Shown piece by piece: positions 63,086 through 64,000 of a stretch of DNA of 64,000 nt. The DNA comes from Camelus dromedarius. Taxonomy: Eukaryota. The DNA lies in contig NC_087447.1 in assembly GCF_036321535.1 (NCBI RefSeq), forward strand, positions 33,668,001-33,732,000, read 5' to 3'. Both the position numbers and the translations under genes were made by a program. The notes below the pieces were generated by a model. It saw only the letters and a program-made list of their open reading frames with translations. It had not been told where the DNA came from and did no database searches. The number at the start of each line of letters is the position of its first letter. Positions within the stretch are counted from its first letter, which is position 1.

Positions 63086-64000
63086 ATCTGTTAATATAAG
63101 TTTCTATATTACTATAAAGATTTTTAAAGTTATGATGAGATTAAATAGCTCTCAAATGCCACTAAATTCATATTTATGCCCTTTGATGAAATCCAAAATA
63201 AAAGACTTAATTGTAAGAGGTCTTTAAATACAAATATGTAAAAAGTCTGATGTTTTTTATTTCATCCATTGGTTCATCCTTAACAGTAGTGAAAGAAAAA
63301 TGGTTAGGAAAAATAACATTCTTTGTTAAACACAATAAAAACATATTAACGAAAGTTTATGCAAACTAAACATTGCTGTACCACTCATTATTCCAGTGCA
63401 TGATAACAGAGAGGTAGAATAAAAAATATATGTATAATGCTGAAATTAAGATATAAAAATGACTGCTTTAAGAGATGATGTATCAAAACAAACTTTACAC
63501 GTCAAAGATATTATTTATGTATGTGAGCATGTAATCTGAAAAAACGTCTTAAACAGTTTCATTCTTAAGGTAGACAACTCACTGTTATATAAAAGGTAGT
63601 ATGAGAAGCCATTTAATGTATACCTAGGATTACGAAAAAGGATCCTTGTCTGTATCATTAAGGAGCTTATACAGACAGACGCCAGTATAAATAATGCTGG
63701 AACACAGAGTAAGAGAGCATTACACAATTACATCAATGATATTAAAAAATAAACTAGAACTCACAAGATCAAATATATTAGTTCTAAATTGTATAGCCTT
63801 ATACCAATTGCTTTTGAACACATAAAAACTTTCCACAAAAATAAAGGACTTTATTGTTCATTTACTGATGTGTTAGGTAGGCTGATATGATAGAAAGTCA
63901 GTTGCTAACTAAACATTCATACCCTATCATAAAAGCAAAGGCAGTGACCTAAACTGTCAATAATATATGAAACAGTAAAAAATGCTCAGAAAATTGCTAT

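Larger units (their letters stand above)
40470..64000 (-). other. PRMT3: PRMT3 long intron (upstream exon lies beyond the window)
   Basis: Ends in the acceptor of the 40469 exon. I found no PRMT3-like peptide in the remaining 23.5 kb, which is repeat-rich. Confidence 0.8.

Noticed and set aside
40470..64000. Further upstream PRMT3 exons
   Set aside because: I searched by eye for the expected preceding peptide (recalled as HIDCHTTSISDLEFSSDF...) on the minus strand and did not find it. It is presumed to lie beyond the window.

Overview
This is mammalian (eutherian) genomic DNA, most likely from a camelid (alpaca/llama/camel), judged by three short tRNA-Ala-like 'vic-1'-type SINEs. The only recognisable host gene is PRMT3 (protein arginine methyltransferase 3) on the minus strand. 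Its last three coding exons (40469-40419, 40222-40135, 29052-28943) splice in frame through canonical GT/AG sites and include the PRMT THW loop. A ~0.9 kb 3'UTR with clustered poly(A) signals follows. Positions 40470-64000 are one long intron in which I found no further exon, and 1-28000 is downstream intergenic DNA. Most of the rest is decayed transposon sequence (L1, L2, MIR, MaLR/ERV1 LTRs, Tigger and hAT DNA elements), often nested. Almost all ORFs in the supplied track are spurious or L1 remnants. I found no CRISPR array, rRNA, true tRNA or prokaryote-style system, and nothing I can call a new biological system. The best leads are: (1) a possible unannotated spliced minus-strand transcript at ~1.5-2.5 kb, with a CRE/GC-box promoter, a 68-codon spliced small ORF and an upstream LTR promoter; (2) an unidentified mRNA-like fragment inserted inside L1 ORF1; (3) a possible cassette exon and several enhancer-like non-repeat islands in PRMT3 introns. 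Repeat family names come from my recollection of consensus sequences, and most repeat boundaries are approximate.
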